64,000 nucleotides of DNA from Acidobacteriota bacterium (GTDB lineage: Bacteria > Acidobacteriota > Terriglobia > Terriglobales > SCQP01): contig DAIDIE010000001.1 in NCBI GenBank assembly GCA_027459505.1, positions 26,318 to 90,317 of the forward strand. Reading direction: 5' to 3'. This document shows positions 1-9,265 of the stretch, one piece after another (the stretch's first letter is position 1; each line of letters begins with the position of its first letter). The position numbers were made by a program, and so were the translations under genes. A model generated the notes under the pieces. That model made no database searches and had not been told where the DNA came from. It was given only the letters and a program-made list of their open reading frames with translations.

Positions 1-362
1 TCATCCGCCAAATCCTGCAGCGCTTCGGCTATAGCGTGCTGGAGGCGCCCCAACCTGAACATGCCCTGGAGGTCTGCCGCAAGAACCCCAACATCGCACT
101 CCTGGTCTCGGACGTCATCATGCCCCGCGTCAATGGCCGCGAGATGGCGCGCCGCATGCGCGAGTTGCAGCCCCACTTACGCGTGCTGTTTATTTCCGGC
201 TACACGGATCGCGCCGTGGTTGAAAACGGCTTATTGGAGGCCGGTACCTCGTTTTTACAAAAGCCCTTTAGCCCGGAGGCGTTGGCCAGAAAGGTGCGCG
301 AAATCCTCGATGCCGCGCCGCAGCCCTCCGCCCTCACTCCAGCCCCCCCAGAGCGGCCCTAA
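1..362 (+). CDS. Response-regulator receiver (REC) domain, 5' end outside the window
   Basis: The frame is open from base 3, and the ORF-track M at 36 is an internal GTG. The translation ...IRQILQRFGYSVLEAPQPEHALEVC...LLVSDVIMPRVNGREMARRMRE...VLFISGYTD...FLQKPFSPEAL has CheY-like receiver hallmarks (D-x-x-M-P, S-G-Y, K-P). Confidence 0.8.
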   Translation, partial: IRQILQRFGYSVLEAPQPEHALEVCRKNPNIALLVSDVIMPRVNGREMARRMRELQPHLRVLFISGYTDRAVVENGLLEAGTSFLQKPFSPEALARKVREILDAAPQPSALTPAPPERP

Positions 363-409
363 GCCCCGGGCTCTCGGCTTACACCCCCTCAAGACCCTCT
401 CGGACGCGC

Positions 410-1177
410 ATGTCGTACACTGCAAGGATGATGACCATCGAGGAAGCACTCCGGACCAGCCTGCTCCAGACCTCCGCCAGCGGTCTGTCGTTTGCTGTTC
501 TCGAAGGCCCCGCCGGCGAAGGCGGCGCAGCGCAATTGGCCCGTATGGCCGACTGTGTGCCGCGCGGCGTTGTGCAACGTCTTGGTCAGACCGCCTGCTA
601 CTTCGTTCCCTGGCTGGTCAAAAATCGCCGCGCCATTCAAATCAGCCAGGAACCTGCGCCCGAAGGCGCCTCGCGCAATGAACTCTGCCATCACCTGGAA
701 GTCAAGCCCACTGGCAACCTGCTCTTCGTCAGCGAACGCTTTTATCAGGGCGACAGCTATGGGCTCGCCATGGAGTTCTTTGACAAGGTCGCCTACCTGG
801 CCGCGCTACAACGCTTCGAACGGGATGATTTCTACCGGCTGCTGCGCTCCCAGGCGGCCAGCGACAAGGGTGGCGAATTGACCCCAGAAGCCTATGAATG
901 GCGCCAGGAACTGGCGAAAATGCGCAACGGCGGCGACCCCGATACCGAAGTACGGCTCAGTTATGAACGCGCCGCCGAAACCGACGCCCTCGGCGTCTAC
1001 ATGGCTTCTTTGTTTACCGACGTTTTTTACGAGGACCTGGTGGACACCGAAGAAGCGCTGAAACCGCTTCCGCCCGAGCAGCTTTATGAACGTGTGCGTA
1101 CCCTGGAGCGGCTGTTCCCCCCCAACCGCGGCTTTAGTCTGCAAATCGTCCGGCAGAGAACGCGCCGCCGCGGCTAA
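410..1177 (+). CDS. Hypothetical protein
   Basis: 255-codon ORF on the same strand, 47 nt after the receiver-domain stop. I recognise no motif. Alternative starts at the MMTIEE methionines. Confidence 0.5.
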   Translation: MSYTARMMTIEEALRTSLLQTSASGLSFAVLEGPAGEGGAAQLARMADCVPRGVVQRLGQTACYFVPWLVKNRRAIQISQEPAPEGASRNELCHHLEVKPTGNLLFVSERFYQGDSYGLAMEFFDKVAYLAALQRFERDDFYRLLRSQAASDKGGELTPEAYEWRQELAKMRNGGDPDTEVRLSYERAAETDALGVYMASLFTDVFYEDLVDTEEALKPLPPEQLYERVRTLERLFPPNRGFSLQIVRQRTRRRG

Positions 1178-1252
1178 CTGTCCGCACCAGCAAGACGTGT
1201 GCTGTTTCGGGCCGCCTCCAGCTCTCGTTCGGCCGCTGTTCCCCCAGCGCCC

Positions 1253-1600
1253 TTACCCTGAAAACCCGCATTCAGGCCCGGAAGGTGGCGCGTGGCGTTT
1301 CAGCAACGACTTGAGGAACTCCTTCGTACCGGTGGGTCCGCTGATTTGCAAGCTGAGAGGCCCCCGATCCGGTGCGGCATACAGGTTGAACGCCAGAAAC
1401 CGGCAGCATTCCCGTTCGGCGCTCATCAACTCAAGCACCAGTTCAAGTTGCTTTGTTCCTCCCGGAATGCGGAAGCCGTAGCCTTCCTCCAATTCCTCAA
1501 AAACTGTCGCTTCGGCGATAAACTGTGCCAGCAATGTTGCCTCGCGCAGGCGCAATTGCGCGTCAGATAACGTGCACGCAATCGGAAGTTCTCTGCTCAT
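1253..1600 (-). CDS. Small conserved-looking Cys-containing hypothetical protein
   Basis: ATG at 1600 is preceded by GAGGAG. The product is MSRELPIACTLSDAQLRLRE...AERECCRFLAF... The C-T-L ... E-C-C-x-F pattern recalls small proteins seen next to MerR/ArsR-type regulators (from memory, unverified). The ORF-track start at 1666 is probably over-extended. Confidence 0.5.
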   Translation of the reverse strand: MSRELPIACTLSDAQLRLREATLLAQFIAEATVFEELEEGYGFRIPGGTKQLELVLELMSAERECCRFLAFNLYAAPDRGPLSLQISGPTGTKEFLKSLLKRHAPPSGPECGFSG

Positions 1601-1726
1601 CTCCGCTCCTCGTTGGGCTTGTTTGCCCTGAAGTAAACCATGAACCGGAGCTCCCCCAGACCGCAAGCAGGGCGCACGGAGGGAATCGCCATTTTTCCCG
1701 GGCGGCGTTTGTTCTAAAATATAGGT

Positions 1727-2926
1727 TTGGCCTTCCCTCCGCCCGGCGCATCATCGTACGCGCCGCGCCGGGAATGCCTTTCACTCGCGAGCAGCCCACA
1801 ACAGGAGACTCCGTTGGCAAGCAAACAGAAAAAGATCTTTCTTCCTGAGCAGGACAAAGTAGACGCCCGCGCCAAGCGGAAAATCCTGAGCAAGCGCATC
1901 CGCCCCATCGACTACGATTCCATCAGCAGCGTCTCCGACCTCGTCTCGGCAATGCGCGGCGCTTCCATCCAGGCTCGTAATCTCGGCCGTTGCGCCGAAG
2001 TGCTCGACAACATCTACAGCGACCGTGACCGCCCCACCGTCATGCTCGGCCTCGCCGGCCCGCTCATCGCCGCCGGCCTGCGCAAGATGCTGCGCGATCT
2101 GGTGGCCGGCGGATTCATCGATGTCATCGTCTCCACCGGCGCCATCCTCTATCAGGATATTTATCAGGCCCGCGGCTTCGGCCATTATGAGGGCACCCCC
2201 GAGGCCGACGACACCGTCCTGCGCGACCTCCTGATTGACCGCATCTACGATACCTACGTCGACGAGGAAAAGTTCATCGAGACCGACACCTGGCTTGGCT
2301 ATGTCGCCGACGAACTGCCGCCAGGCAATTACTCCTCCCGCGCCTACATGGATTTCGTCGGCAGCAAACTCGAAGACGAGCAGTCCATCGTCCGCACCGC
2401 CCATAAAATGGGCGTGCCGATGTTCGTGCCCGCCATCAACGACTCCTCCATCGGCATCGGCCTCACCCATCACTATCACCGCATGCTGCAGGAAGGCCGC
2501 CCGCGCCTGTCCATCGACTCCATTCGTGACAACTACGAGCTCACCCAGATCGTGGTGCAGTCCAAGAAAACGGCGGCGCTCTACATCGCCGGCGGCGTGC
2601 CTAAAAACTACATCAACGATTCGGTGGTCATGAGCTACATCTTCGAAGAGGAGAAGGGCCACAGCTACGCCCTGCAGCTCACCGCCGATAATCCCAATTG
2701 GGGCGGCCTCTCCGGCAGTACCTTGCATGAGGCCATGAGTTGGGGCAAGATCCGCAGCAAAGCGACCACCGCCATGTGCTTCGTCGAGCCCTCGGTCTCC
2801 TTTCCGCTGTTGTTCGGCTATGCCTTACAGAAAAAGCTCGCGGCGCGACGCGCCCGCCTGCGCTTTGATTGGGATAATGACGTTTTGCGCTCCATCAGCA
2901 CCGGCGCTAAGGCCAAACGCCGCTAA
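1727..2926 (+). CDS. Deoxyhypusine synthase family protein (bacterial DHS/homospermidine-synthase-like)
   Basis: Motifs GFIDVIVSTGAILYQD, VPAINDSSIGIGL, IAGGVPKNYINDS and LHEAMSWGKI match the deoxyhypusine synthase fold. The start is uncertain because the first ~40 codons are low-complexity. Confidence 0.85.
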   Translation: MAFPPPGASSYAPRRECLSLASSPQQETPLASKQKKIFLPEQDKVDARAKRKILSKRIRPIDYDSISSVSDLVSAMRGASIQARNLGRCAEVLDNIYSDRDRPTVMLGLAGPLIAAGLRKMLRDLVAGGFIDVIVSTGAILYQDIYQARGFGHYEGTPEADDTVLRDLLIDRIYDTYVDEEKFIETDTWLGYVADELPPGNYSSRAYMDFVGSKLEDEQSIVRTAHKMGVPMFVPAINDSSIGIGLTHHYHRMLQEGRPRLSIDSIRDNYELTQIVVQSKKTAALYIAGGVPKNYINDSVVMSYIFEEEKGHSYALQLTADNPNWGGLSGSTLHEAMSWGKIRSKATTAMCFVEPSVSFPLLFGYALQKKLAARRARLRFDWDNDVLRSISTGAKAKRR

Positions 2927-2948
2927 GCCCGGCCATGGCTCCATGACG

Positions 2949-2986
2949 AAGGCGGCCTTTCCCCTGGAAAGCCGCCTTTTCTTTTT
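2949..2986 (+). terminator. Rho-independent terminator after the DHS-like gene
   Basis: AAGGCGGCCTTTCC-CCTG-GGAAAGCCGCCTT hairpin (one bulge) followed by TTTTCTTTTT, 23 nt after the stop at 2926. Confidence 0.65.
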
Positions 2987-3124
2987 GCCGAACTTGGAGC
3001 CAAGGCCCGAGGTCGCCATTTCGCGCCCGCAACGCTGGCCACTGCTAAAGCCACGGCCGTGATCCCGGGGGCTTCGGCGGATGGAATTCAAGCGGCCTTG
3101 CCGCCTACCCGCCGCTGGAATCTT

Positions 3125-4477
3125 TCAGGGCTCCCCAGGCCAGCGCACCCCGTGGGCTCGGCAATACTGCTCGGCAAACCCCATCCGCTCCGCATTGCTC
3201 GGATGTGTATAAAACCACCATTCCAGCCAGCGCGGCGGGGCCGGATCGATCAAATCGGTCCACACGTCGCGCTCGAAGCTCACCACTGCGGCCGCCGGAT
3301 TGGGGCAGACCCGCAGCCCAAAAGCGTCCGCCCGGTGCTCCAGATGCCGCGAAAACCCGTTGCTGAGAGGCATCGCCAAAAAGAACAGCACACTGAGCGT
3401 GAGCCCCAACATTGGCAAACCGGCGATATCCGCCACCCCCTCATAGCCCCAGCCTGGCGCCCCTCGGCGGTACAGGGCAAAGCTGATTCCCAGCAATACG
3501 AACAGCAGTCCTGAACCAAAGGCCACCCCTAGCCAGACGTGGTTTTCCACGTAATGCCCCATCTCGTGGCCCAGCACAAACTCGATTTCCGGCGCCGTCT
3601 CGGCATGCAACAGCGTGTCGTAAAGGACAATCCGGCTGCTGCCAAACAGTCCGGTGACGTAAGCATTGGTGTGCGCGGATTGCCGGCTGCGGTTGACAAC
3701 ATAAATGCGGGCCGAAGGAATGCCCGCGCGCTGCGCCTCCGCCAGCAGTTCCTGGCGAAGCTGCCCCGCCGGCAGCGGCTTGAAATGGTTGAACAACGGC
3801 TCAATCGCCACCGGCTCAATCACCACGCTGAAAATCATCAACAACGTACAGGCCGCCCAGACCCACACCCAGGCGTTCCGCCCGGCGCGCCGCAACACCG
3901 CATAAACAATAAGGATTGCCGCCGTCCCCAGTGCGATTTCCACACCCTGGAACTTGCACCAGTCTCCCAACCATCCTGCAACTGACAGGTGTTCAAAGCC
4001 AAAGGCACGCTCGCGAAAAAATCCCAGGTAGATGCTAAACGGCAGACCAGCCACACCCAGCACCAGCAACAGCAGCGCGCCAAATGCCGCATCTCGTACC
4101 CACGCCGCTCGCAGACGCCGCAGCAGCTGATTTCTCCAGCGCACCGGGATGCCGCTCCAAATAAGAAAACCCAATACCGCGAAACTCCACAGTTGCGCCA
4201 GGGTCCCCCAAAAAATCCCACCGTAAACGTAGTGGCGCGTTCGCGCCAGCAACGCTGGCGAAGGGGGAGGAATACAGGGCAGGGTTGAACCAGCTTTTCC
4301 TGCCAGCACAGCGCTTTTAGGACACTCCGAAGGCCAGGCAAACGGCTGGGGAGCCGCCTGCAGCACCCCTCCGCTCAGCAGCAGCAGCCAGAAAAACGCG
4401 CGCAAGCCCTTGCGCACAATTGCAAAGTTTCTCCTTAAGCTGCTAAAGTACACGACCAAGGCAGAGATCTTGGACAT
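3125..4477 (-). CDS. M48 family (Ste24/HtpX-like) zinc metallopeptidase, membrane-bound
   Basis: HExxH in ...FVLGHEMGHYVENH..., with several hydrophobic helices before it and ...YTHPSNAERM... near the C-terminus. Start set at ATG 4477 (MSKISAL..., then RAFFWLLLLSGGVLQA). TTG 4534 from the track is possible. Confidence 0.8.
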   Translation of the reverse strand: MSKISALVVYFSSLRRNFAIVRKGLRAFFWLLLLSGGVLQAAPQPFAWPSECPKSAVLAGKAGSTLPCIPPPSPALLARTRHYVYGGIFWGTLAQLWSFAVLGFLIWSGIPVRWRNQLLRRLRAAWVRDAAFGALLLLVLGVAGLPFSIYLGFFRERAFGFEHLSVAGWLGDWCKFQGVEIALGTAAILIVYAVLRRAGRNAWVWVWAACTLLMIFSVVIEPVAIEPLFNHFKPLPAGQLRQELLAEAQRAGIPSARIYVVNRSRQSAHTNAYVTGLFGSSRIVLYDTLLHAETAPEIEFVLGHEMGHYVENHVWLGVAFGSGLLFVLLGISFALYRRGAPGWGYEGVADIAGLPMLGLTLSVLFFLAMPLSNGFSRHLEHRADAFGLRVCPNPAAAVVSFERDVWTDLIDPAPPRWLEWWFYTHPSNAERMGFAEQYCRAHGVRWPGEP

Positions 4478-4653
4478 CGCTCCCGGAATTGTGCCCCTTT
4501 TGGCAGCGCAACTCGCCATGGTTTGCTTGCTCAACCCTGCGCCTCCGCCACCTGGCCGTGGCTGGATTTTCGCGCGCCGGCCCCATCGGCGCGCCCTGGG
4601 CGTCCTCCGGCGCGCAAGCGCTTGGGCGAATTGCGCATAAAGGATTTTGCTCT

Positions 4654-5706
4654 ATGGCCAGTATGAAAGAAGTTGCCGCTCAGGCGGGAGTTTCCATCTC
4701 TACGGTTTCTCACGTCCTCAACAATACCCGCTTTGTCGCCCCAGAAACGGTCGCGAGAGTGCAGCGGGCCATGCAGGCAGTCGGTTTCCACCCCAATGCG
4801 GCGGCCCGTCAACTGGCGCGCGGCGCCAGCGAAGTCCTGGGCTTGATCATCTCCGACATTGCCAACCCCTTTTTCCCTGAGTTGGTGAAGGGCTTTGAGA
4901 GCTCCGCTCAACAGCTGGGCTATGAGATCACCCTGGCCACCACCAATTACGACGCCAAGCGCACCTCCACCTGCATCGAACGCATGATCATGTCCCGTGT
5001 TCGCGGCGTCGCCATCATGACCAGCGAAATGGATCCCGCCCTCATCCAGAAGTTGCGCCGCCAGCGCGTCCCTGTCGTTTACCTCGACCTGGGTCCGGTG
5101 GACTGCTTCGCCTCCAATTTGAAGGTCGAGTACGAGCGCGGCATTGCTGAAGCCGTCGAGCACCTCTGGGCGCTCGGCCACGCCCATATTGGCTTTATCA
5201 GCGGCTCTCTGCTGCTGCGTTCTCACCGCCAGCGTGTGGATTCGTTCCGCCGCTGCGCCTCCCAACTCGGTATGCAGGCCTCCACGGAGGTCAGCGATCC
5301 GCACCCGGAAGGCGGCGAAATCGCCGCCCGGCGCCTGCTCAGTATGGCGCAACGTCCCACCGCCATCATGGCCGCCAATGACGTTATGGCGCTCGGCGCC
5401 GTGCGCGCCGCCCGCGCCCTGGGACTCAATATCCCCCAGGATGTCTCCATTGTTGGTCACGATGATGTCCTGTTTGCCGCCCTCATGCATCCGGCTCTCA
5501 CCACCATTGAAGTCTCCCGCCATGAACTCGGCGAGATGGCCGTCCAGGCGCTGCATCTGATGAGTCATGCGGAGGGCAGCATGGGCGAGGAGTACAACCT
5601 GCGCAGCCGCCTCGTGGTTCGTGAAAGCACCGGTCCTGCGCCCGGCGCCAAGGCTGGCGCCTCCGGCAGCGGCAGCGCTCTTCATCGCATGCGCGTTCAC
5701 GCCTGA
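4654..5706 (+). CDS. LacI family transcriptional regulator
   Basis: N-terminal HTH MASMKEVAAQAGVSISTVSHVLNNTRFVAPETVARVQ, followed by a periplasmic-binding-protein-like sugar-binding fold. ATG 4654 replaces the over-extended TTG 4489. Confidence 0.9.
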   Translation: MASMKEVAAQAGVSISTVSHVLNNTRFVAPETVARVQRAMQAVGFHPNAAARQLARGASEVLGLIISDIANPFFPELVKGFESSAQQLGYEITLATTNYDAKRTSTCIERMIMSRVRGVAIMTSEMDPALIQKLRRQRVPVVYLDLGPVDCFASNLKVEYERGIAEAVEHLWALGHAHIGFISGSLLLRSHRQRVDSFRRCASQLGMQASTEVSDPHPEGGEIAARRLLSMAQRPTAIMAANDVMALGAVRAARALGLNIPQDVSIVGHDDVLFAALMHPALTTIEVSRHELGEMAVQALHLMSHAEGSMGEEYNLRSRLVVRESTGPAPGAKAGASGSGSALHRMRVHA

Positions 5707-5886
5707 CGACACGCGGAGCGGCCGCGCCCTCTCGCCCACCCGGCGCCGCCGCTCCCGCTCCACCATACTCCCGCCTTCCGCTCTGAATTCGCTATAATCG
5801 CTGATACCTGAACAACTTTGCTTTGGCATCTCTGCGCCCTTCATTGCTGGGGCGGAGGCTGTCTCAGGCTCTCGGAATACGCATAC

Positions 5887-7854
5887 ATGCTTTCTTCTTT
5901 CTTCCGCCGTTCACGTCTCACCGGTAGCCGCCTTCTGTTGGGATACCTCCTCCTCCTGGCGGCGGCTGGCATCGCTTGCAACGAGTACTACATCCCGCCG
6001 CCTGACGCCACCATCAGCATCGACCAGGTGGTCGCCAACCTTGGCATCCCGTTGCAATTGACCATTGCCAGCCCCTCGACCACCACCAGCAACGGCACAA
6101 CCACCACCACTGACGTGCAGACGCAGACTCAGTTCAGCGCCACCGTGCAGAACTCCAGCAACAATGGCGTCACATGGTCCATTGAGAATCCCAACGGCGG
6201 CGCTGATTTCGCTGCCTCTTCCGCCTCCACCTGTAGTCAACCCTACGGCTGCATCAGCCCCGACGGCGTTTATACCGCGCCCCCCGTTCTGCCCTCACCC
6301 AGTAGTATCGTCATTCGCGCGATTGCCCAGGTTGCGCCCAACCCGCAGGCCACCGCCACCCTGCAACTCATTGCTCCGGTACCCCAGGTCGCCAGTTCCT
6401 TTGTCGTTCCCGCCACCACCAGCCCCGCGCTCGCCGATTGCCAGAGCGCAAATGCGGTCGGCGCCCTGAGCGCGGGCTCCTCCTACGAAGTCTGCCTTAC
6501 CGGAAACTTCTTCTATCCCAATACCGCGGTCTCGTTGGGCGGCGCCAATGTCAGCGCCATCGCCGTTCCCGCCACCGGGCCGAACACCACCGCCATGGTC
6601 CAGGTGACGCCCACTCAGCCGGGACTGCTGGGCCTCAAGCTGACCAACGCCACTCCGGGCAGCAACACCGGTAGTGGCACCGCCAGCCTTCTCGTCGAAC
6701 CCGCCACTGCTCCCGCCAGCTCGGCGCTTGCCGTGCTCGTGGAAAACGTTGCCGCCGCTGGAGCAACTACGCCCAGCTACGCCGACGTGGGTTTCGTCCC
6801 CCGCGCCAGCGCCAATTCCATAGACGTGGTCAACCTCGATAGCGCCACCGCTCTCAGCCAGGTTTCCGGCATCCCCGCCGGCTTCAACCCTTCCGCGCTC
6901 GCCGCCGATCAGGCCACCAATCAGTTGGTTGCGATTGGCGCCGGAAGCACCAATCTGCTCATCATTGACGCCGGCAAGGATCAGGTCTCGCAGAGCGTGG
7001 CTCTGCCCGTAACGGCCCCCGCGGTTGCCTTCAGCGACAACAGTTGCCAGCTTTGCTCGGTGCTGGTCGATGCTGCACGCGGACAGGCGCTGGTGGATAC
7101 ATCGAGCGGCTACTTTGTCGTCTCCCTGGCCCAGGGGAGCGTTACCGCCGGACCCATTAGCTTGCCTGTGGCCGAAAACTTCACTTATGATCCGGCAGCC
7201 GGCCGGCTCTTCGATCCCTATTACGCCAATGGCAGCGGATTGCAGGTCGAAACCATCCTGCCCTCGCAATCTGCTCCGCTTTCCTTCAATGGAACCGCCG
7301 CAAGCGCCTGGTCGGCTGCACAACCCGACGCCGCCGCCTGGAGTCCGCAAGCCAGCCTGCTTTTGGTGAGCGACGAAGCTACCGGAAACTATAGCGCCAT
7401 CAACCTGAATGGCGCCATAACCAATGGCAATGTCCTCAGCGCTTCGTTCACACCCTTCTCCGTGACCACACAATGCACGGGAGCATGGGACGAAGTCACC
7501 CTGGAACCGAGCCAGGGATTTGCCTTGCTGGGAAATGAAGGCAATTGCCTCGCGGTCGCCTCCATACCAAGCTTCATTGGAACCAATGCGCCCGCCAGCC
7601 TCACTCCCCTGTGGGCTCAATTGGGCAGCAATGGCGGAGTGAGCTGGACCAATATTGGCGCTCCCCATGGCCTCGCCACTTATATCGGCCTTGACGGACT
7701 GGCCTACGGCTTGGCGCTACGCTCCGACACCCAACAGCTTCTAAAGGTTAACCTCAGTGCCTTCGTGGCTCTGCCTGCACCTTCCAGTCCGCTGGATTCC
7801 CACCAGGTTGACCCCACCGGCAGCACCGCCCTCACCTACATCACCTTGCAGTAA
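5887..7854 (+). CDS. Secreted putative lipoprotein with Thr-rich linker and beta-propeller-like repeats
   Basis: ATG 5887 gives MLSSFFRRSRLTGSRLLLGYLLLLAAAGIAC (signal peptide with a lipobox-like AGIAC). Then a poly-Thr stretch (TTTSNGTTTTTD) and repeated segments resembling YVTN/lactonase-type blades (e.g. NSIDVVNLDSATAL..., NLLIIDAGKDQV...). Function unknown. Confidence 0.6.
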   Translation: MLSSFFRRSRLTGSRLLLGYLLLLAAAGIACNEYYIPPPDATISIDQVVANLGIPLQLTIASPSTTTSNGTTTTTDVQTQTQFSATVQNSSNNGVTWSIENPNGGADFAASSASTCSQPYGCISPDGVYTAPPVLPSPSSIVIRAIAQVAPNPQATATLQLIAPVPQVASSFVVPATTSPALADCQSANAVGALSAGSSYEVCLTGNFFYPNTAVSLGGANVSAIAVPATGPNTTAMVQVTPTQPGLLGLKLTNATPGSNTGSGTASLLVEPATAPASSALAVLVENVAAAGATTPSYADVGFVPRASANSIDVVNLDSATALSQVSGIPAGFNPSALAADQATNQLVAIGAGSTNLLIIDAGKDQVSQSVALPVTAPAVAFSDNSCQLCSVLVDAARGQALVDTSSGYFVVSLAQGSVTAGPISLPVAENFTYDPAAGRLFDPYYANGSGLQVETILPSQSAPLSFNGTAASAWSAAQPDAAAWSPQASLLLVSDEATGNYSAINLNGAITNGNVLSASFTPFSVTTQCTGAWDEVTLEPSQGFALLGNEGNCLAVASIPSFIGTNAPASLTPLWAQLGSNGGVSWTNIGAPHGLATYIGLDGLAYGLALRSDTQQLLKVNLSAFVALPAPSSPLDSHQVDPTGSTALTYITLQ

Positions 7855-7874
7855 ACGAATCCGGGCTCTCAACG

Positions 7875-7914
7875 CAGAAAAGCGGCTTTCCCCAAGGGGA
7901 AAGCCGCTTTTCTG
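7875..7914. terminator. Bidirectional hairpin terminator between convergent genes
   Basis: Perfect 19-bp inverted repeat CAGAAAAGCGGCTTTCCCC-AA-GGGGAAAGCCGCTTTTCTG with A/T runs on both sides. It lies between the stop at 7854 (+) and the stop at 7959 (-). Confidence 0.7.
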
Positions 7915-7958
7915 TCGCACTCGCAAACGCACTCGGCCGGCGGCTGAGGCAGCTATGG

Positions 7959-9017
7959 CTACCGCGAGGAGGCCAGGCGCCGCACCATTGCCGGCTCGCG
8001 CGAAAAATTCAAACCACTGCCGCACTCGTCGGCGTCCACCAACAACGTGTCATGCGGCTGCACCTGGGCGGTCGCCAGCAGATTGGCCAATGGGTGCACC
8101 AAGTGGCGCTCGATCGCTCGCTTCAAATGACGCGCTCCGTATTTCGGGTCAATCCCCTCCCGCAGCAACAAATCGCGCGCCGCCGGCGTGCAACGAAAAC
8201 TGAACACGCTTTGCAGCGATGACGCCTTCAGCAGCCGCTGCCGCACCTGCTCCAGCTCCAGCTCCAGGACTTGCTCCAATTGTTTGCGCTCCAGGGGATG
8301 GAACACCACCACATGGTCCAGACGGTTGAAAAACTCGGGAGAAAACTTCCGCCGCGCCGCCTCCGTCGCCGTACTCACCAGCCTGCTCTGCTCAATGGCC
8401 GCCCATGCCGGGGCAAATCCTAACCCCGGCTGCAGCACCCGTTGCATCTCGCTGGCGCCCAGGTTACTGGTCATGAAGATCATCGTCTGCATGAACGACA
8501 CCCGGCGGTTGTCCCCCAGCGTCAGCGTCGCCTTGTCCAGAATGCCCAGCAGGAGCTGCCACAGCGCATCACTGGCCTTCTCGATCTCGTCAAACAACAC
8601 CAGCGCCAGAGGAGTTTCTGGGGTCTGGTATTGGTTCAGTGCCTCCTGCGTCAGCACCGGGTGCGTCTCTCGATGCCCCAGGTAGCCCGGCGGCGAACCA
8701 ATCAGCTTGGCGATCTCATGACTGTGCTGGAATTCGCCACAGTCTACCTTAATGACCGCATTGGGCTGGTGAAACAGTGCCTCCGCCAGCGCTTCAACGA
8801 CGTGCGTCTTGCCCGTCCCGGTCGGGCCCAGAAACAGAAAATTGGCAATCGGCCGCTGTTGCGCCTGCAGCCCGGCCAAAAACATTTGATAGGCGTCAAC
8901 GATTGGCTCCAGCGCCGCCCGTTGCCCCACCACGCGCTCCTGCAGGTAGCCGAGCAGCCGCTCCGCCTGGCCCCCGCGCCGCTGTGGATTTAGTACGATT
9001 CGTGCCGCCGTCGCCAT
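7959..9017 (-). CDS. Stand-alone AAA+ ATPase resembling the ClpA/ClpB D2 module plus D2-small domain
   Basis: VVGQ..A...V, Walker A FLFLGPTGTGKTH, Walker B LVLFDEIEKA, GSPPGYLGH, and C-terminal ...GARHLKRAIERHL.... There is no N-domain and no D1 module; 352 aa. Confidence 0.8.
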   Translation of the reverse strand: MATAARIVLNPQRRGGQAERLLGYLQERVVGQRAALEPIVDAYQMFLAGLQAQQRPIANFLFLGPTGTGKTHVVEALAEALFHQPNAVIKVDCGEFQHSHEIAKLIGSPPGYLGHRETHPVLTQEALNQYQTPETPLALVLFDEIEKASDALWQLLLGILDKATLTLGDNRRVSFMQTMIFMTSNLGASEMQRVLQPGLGFAPAWAAIEQSRLVSTATEAARRKFSPEFFNRLDHVVVFHPLERKQLEQVLELELEQVRQRLLKASSLQSVFSFRCTPAARDLLLREGIDPKYGARHLKRAIERHLVHPLANLLATAQVQPHDTLLVDADECGSGLNFSREPAMVRRLASSR

Positions 9018-9265
9018 ATTTTTCTCCGCCCACTTTCAACTGATGATGGCGGGCGAGTTTAGGTTGCGGCGGCACTCCCTCGCCCCCCGTTACCCCTCCA
9101 CAACCGGCCGGCCTCCGCGCCTGCCTGAAATGGCGAATTGCGGCGTCAACTGCACTACCCCGAGGCAACCCGGCGCCACTGGCGCCCTCCTCGGCTGTCC
9201 TTCACACTGCCTCGATCCTGTCCAAGTTCTTTGCGCGCTCCGCCTCCAAAGCGGCTTTCCAGCAG

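Noticed and set aside
4531-5844. 437-aa ORF antisense to the LacI-family gene. Similar long antisense ORFs occur at 1781-2728, 6295-7668, 19306-21015, 25295-26011, 26060-26920, 30600-32111, 40747-42246, 46483-47448, 52903-53889, 54779-56497 and 59502-60860.
   Set aside because: Each lies opposite a gene with unmistakable family motifs. Their translations are Arg/Gly/Ala/Pro-rich low-complexity strings with no recognisable domains. Long stop-free antisense frames are expected in GC-rich DNA.
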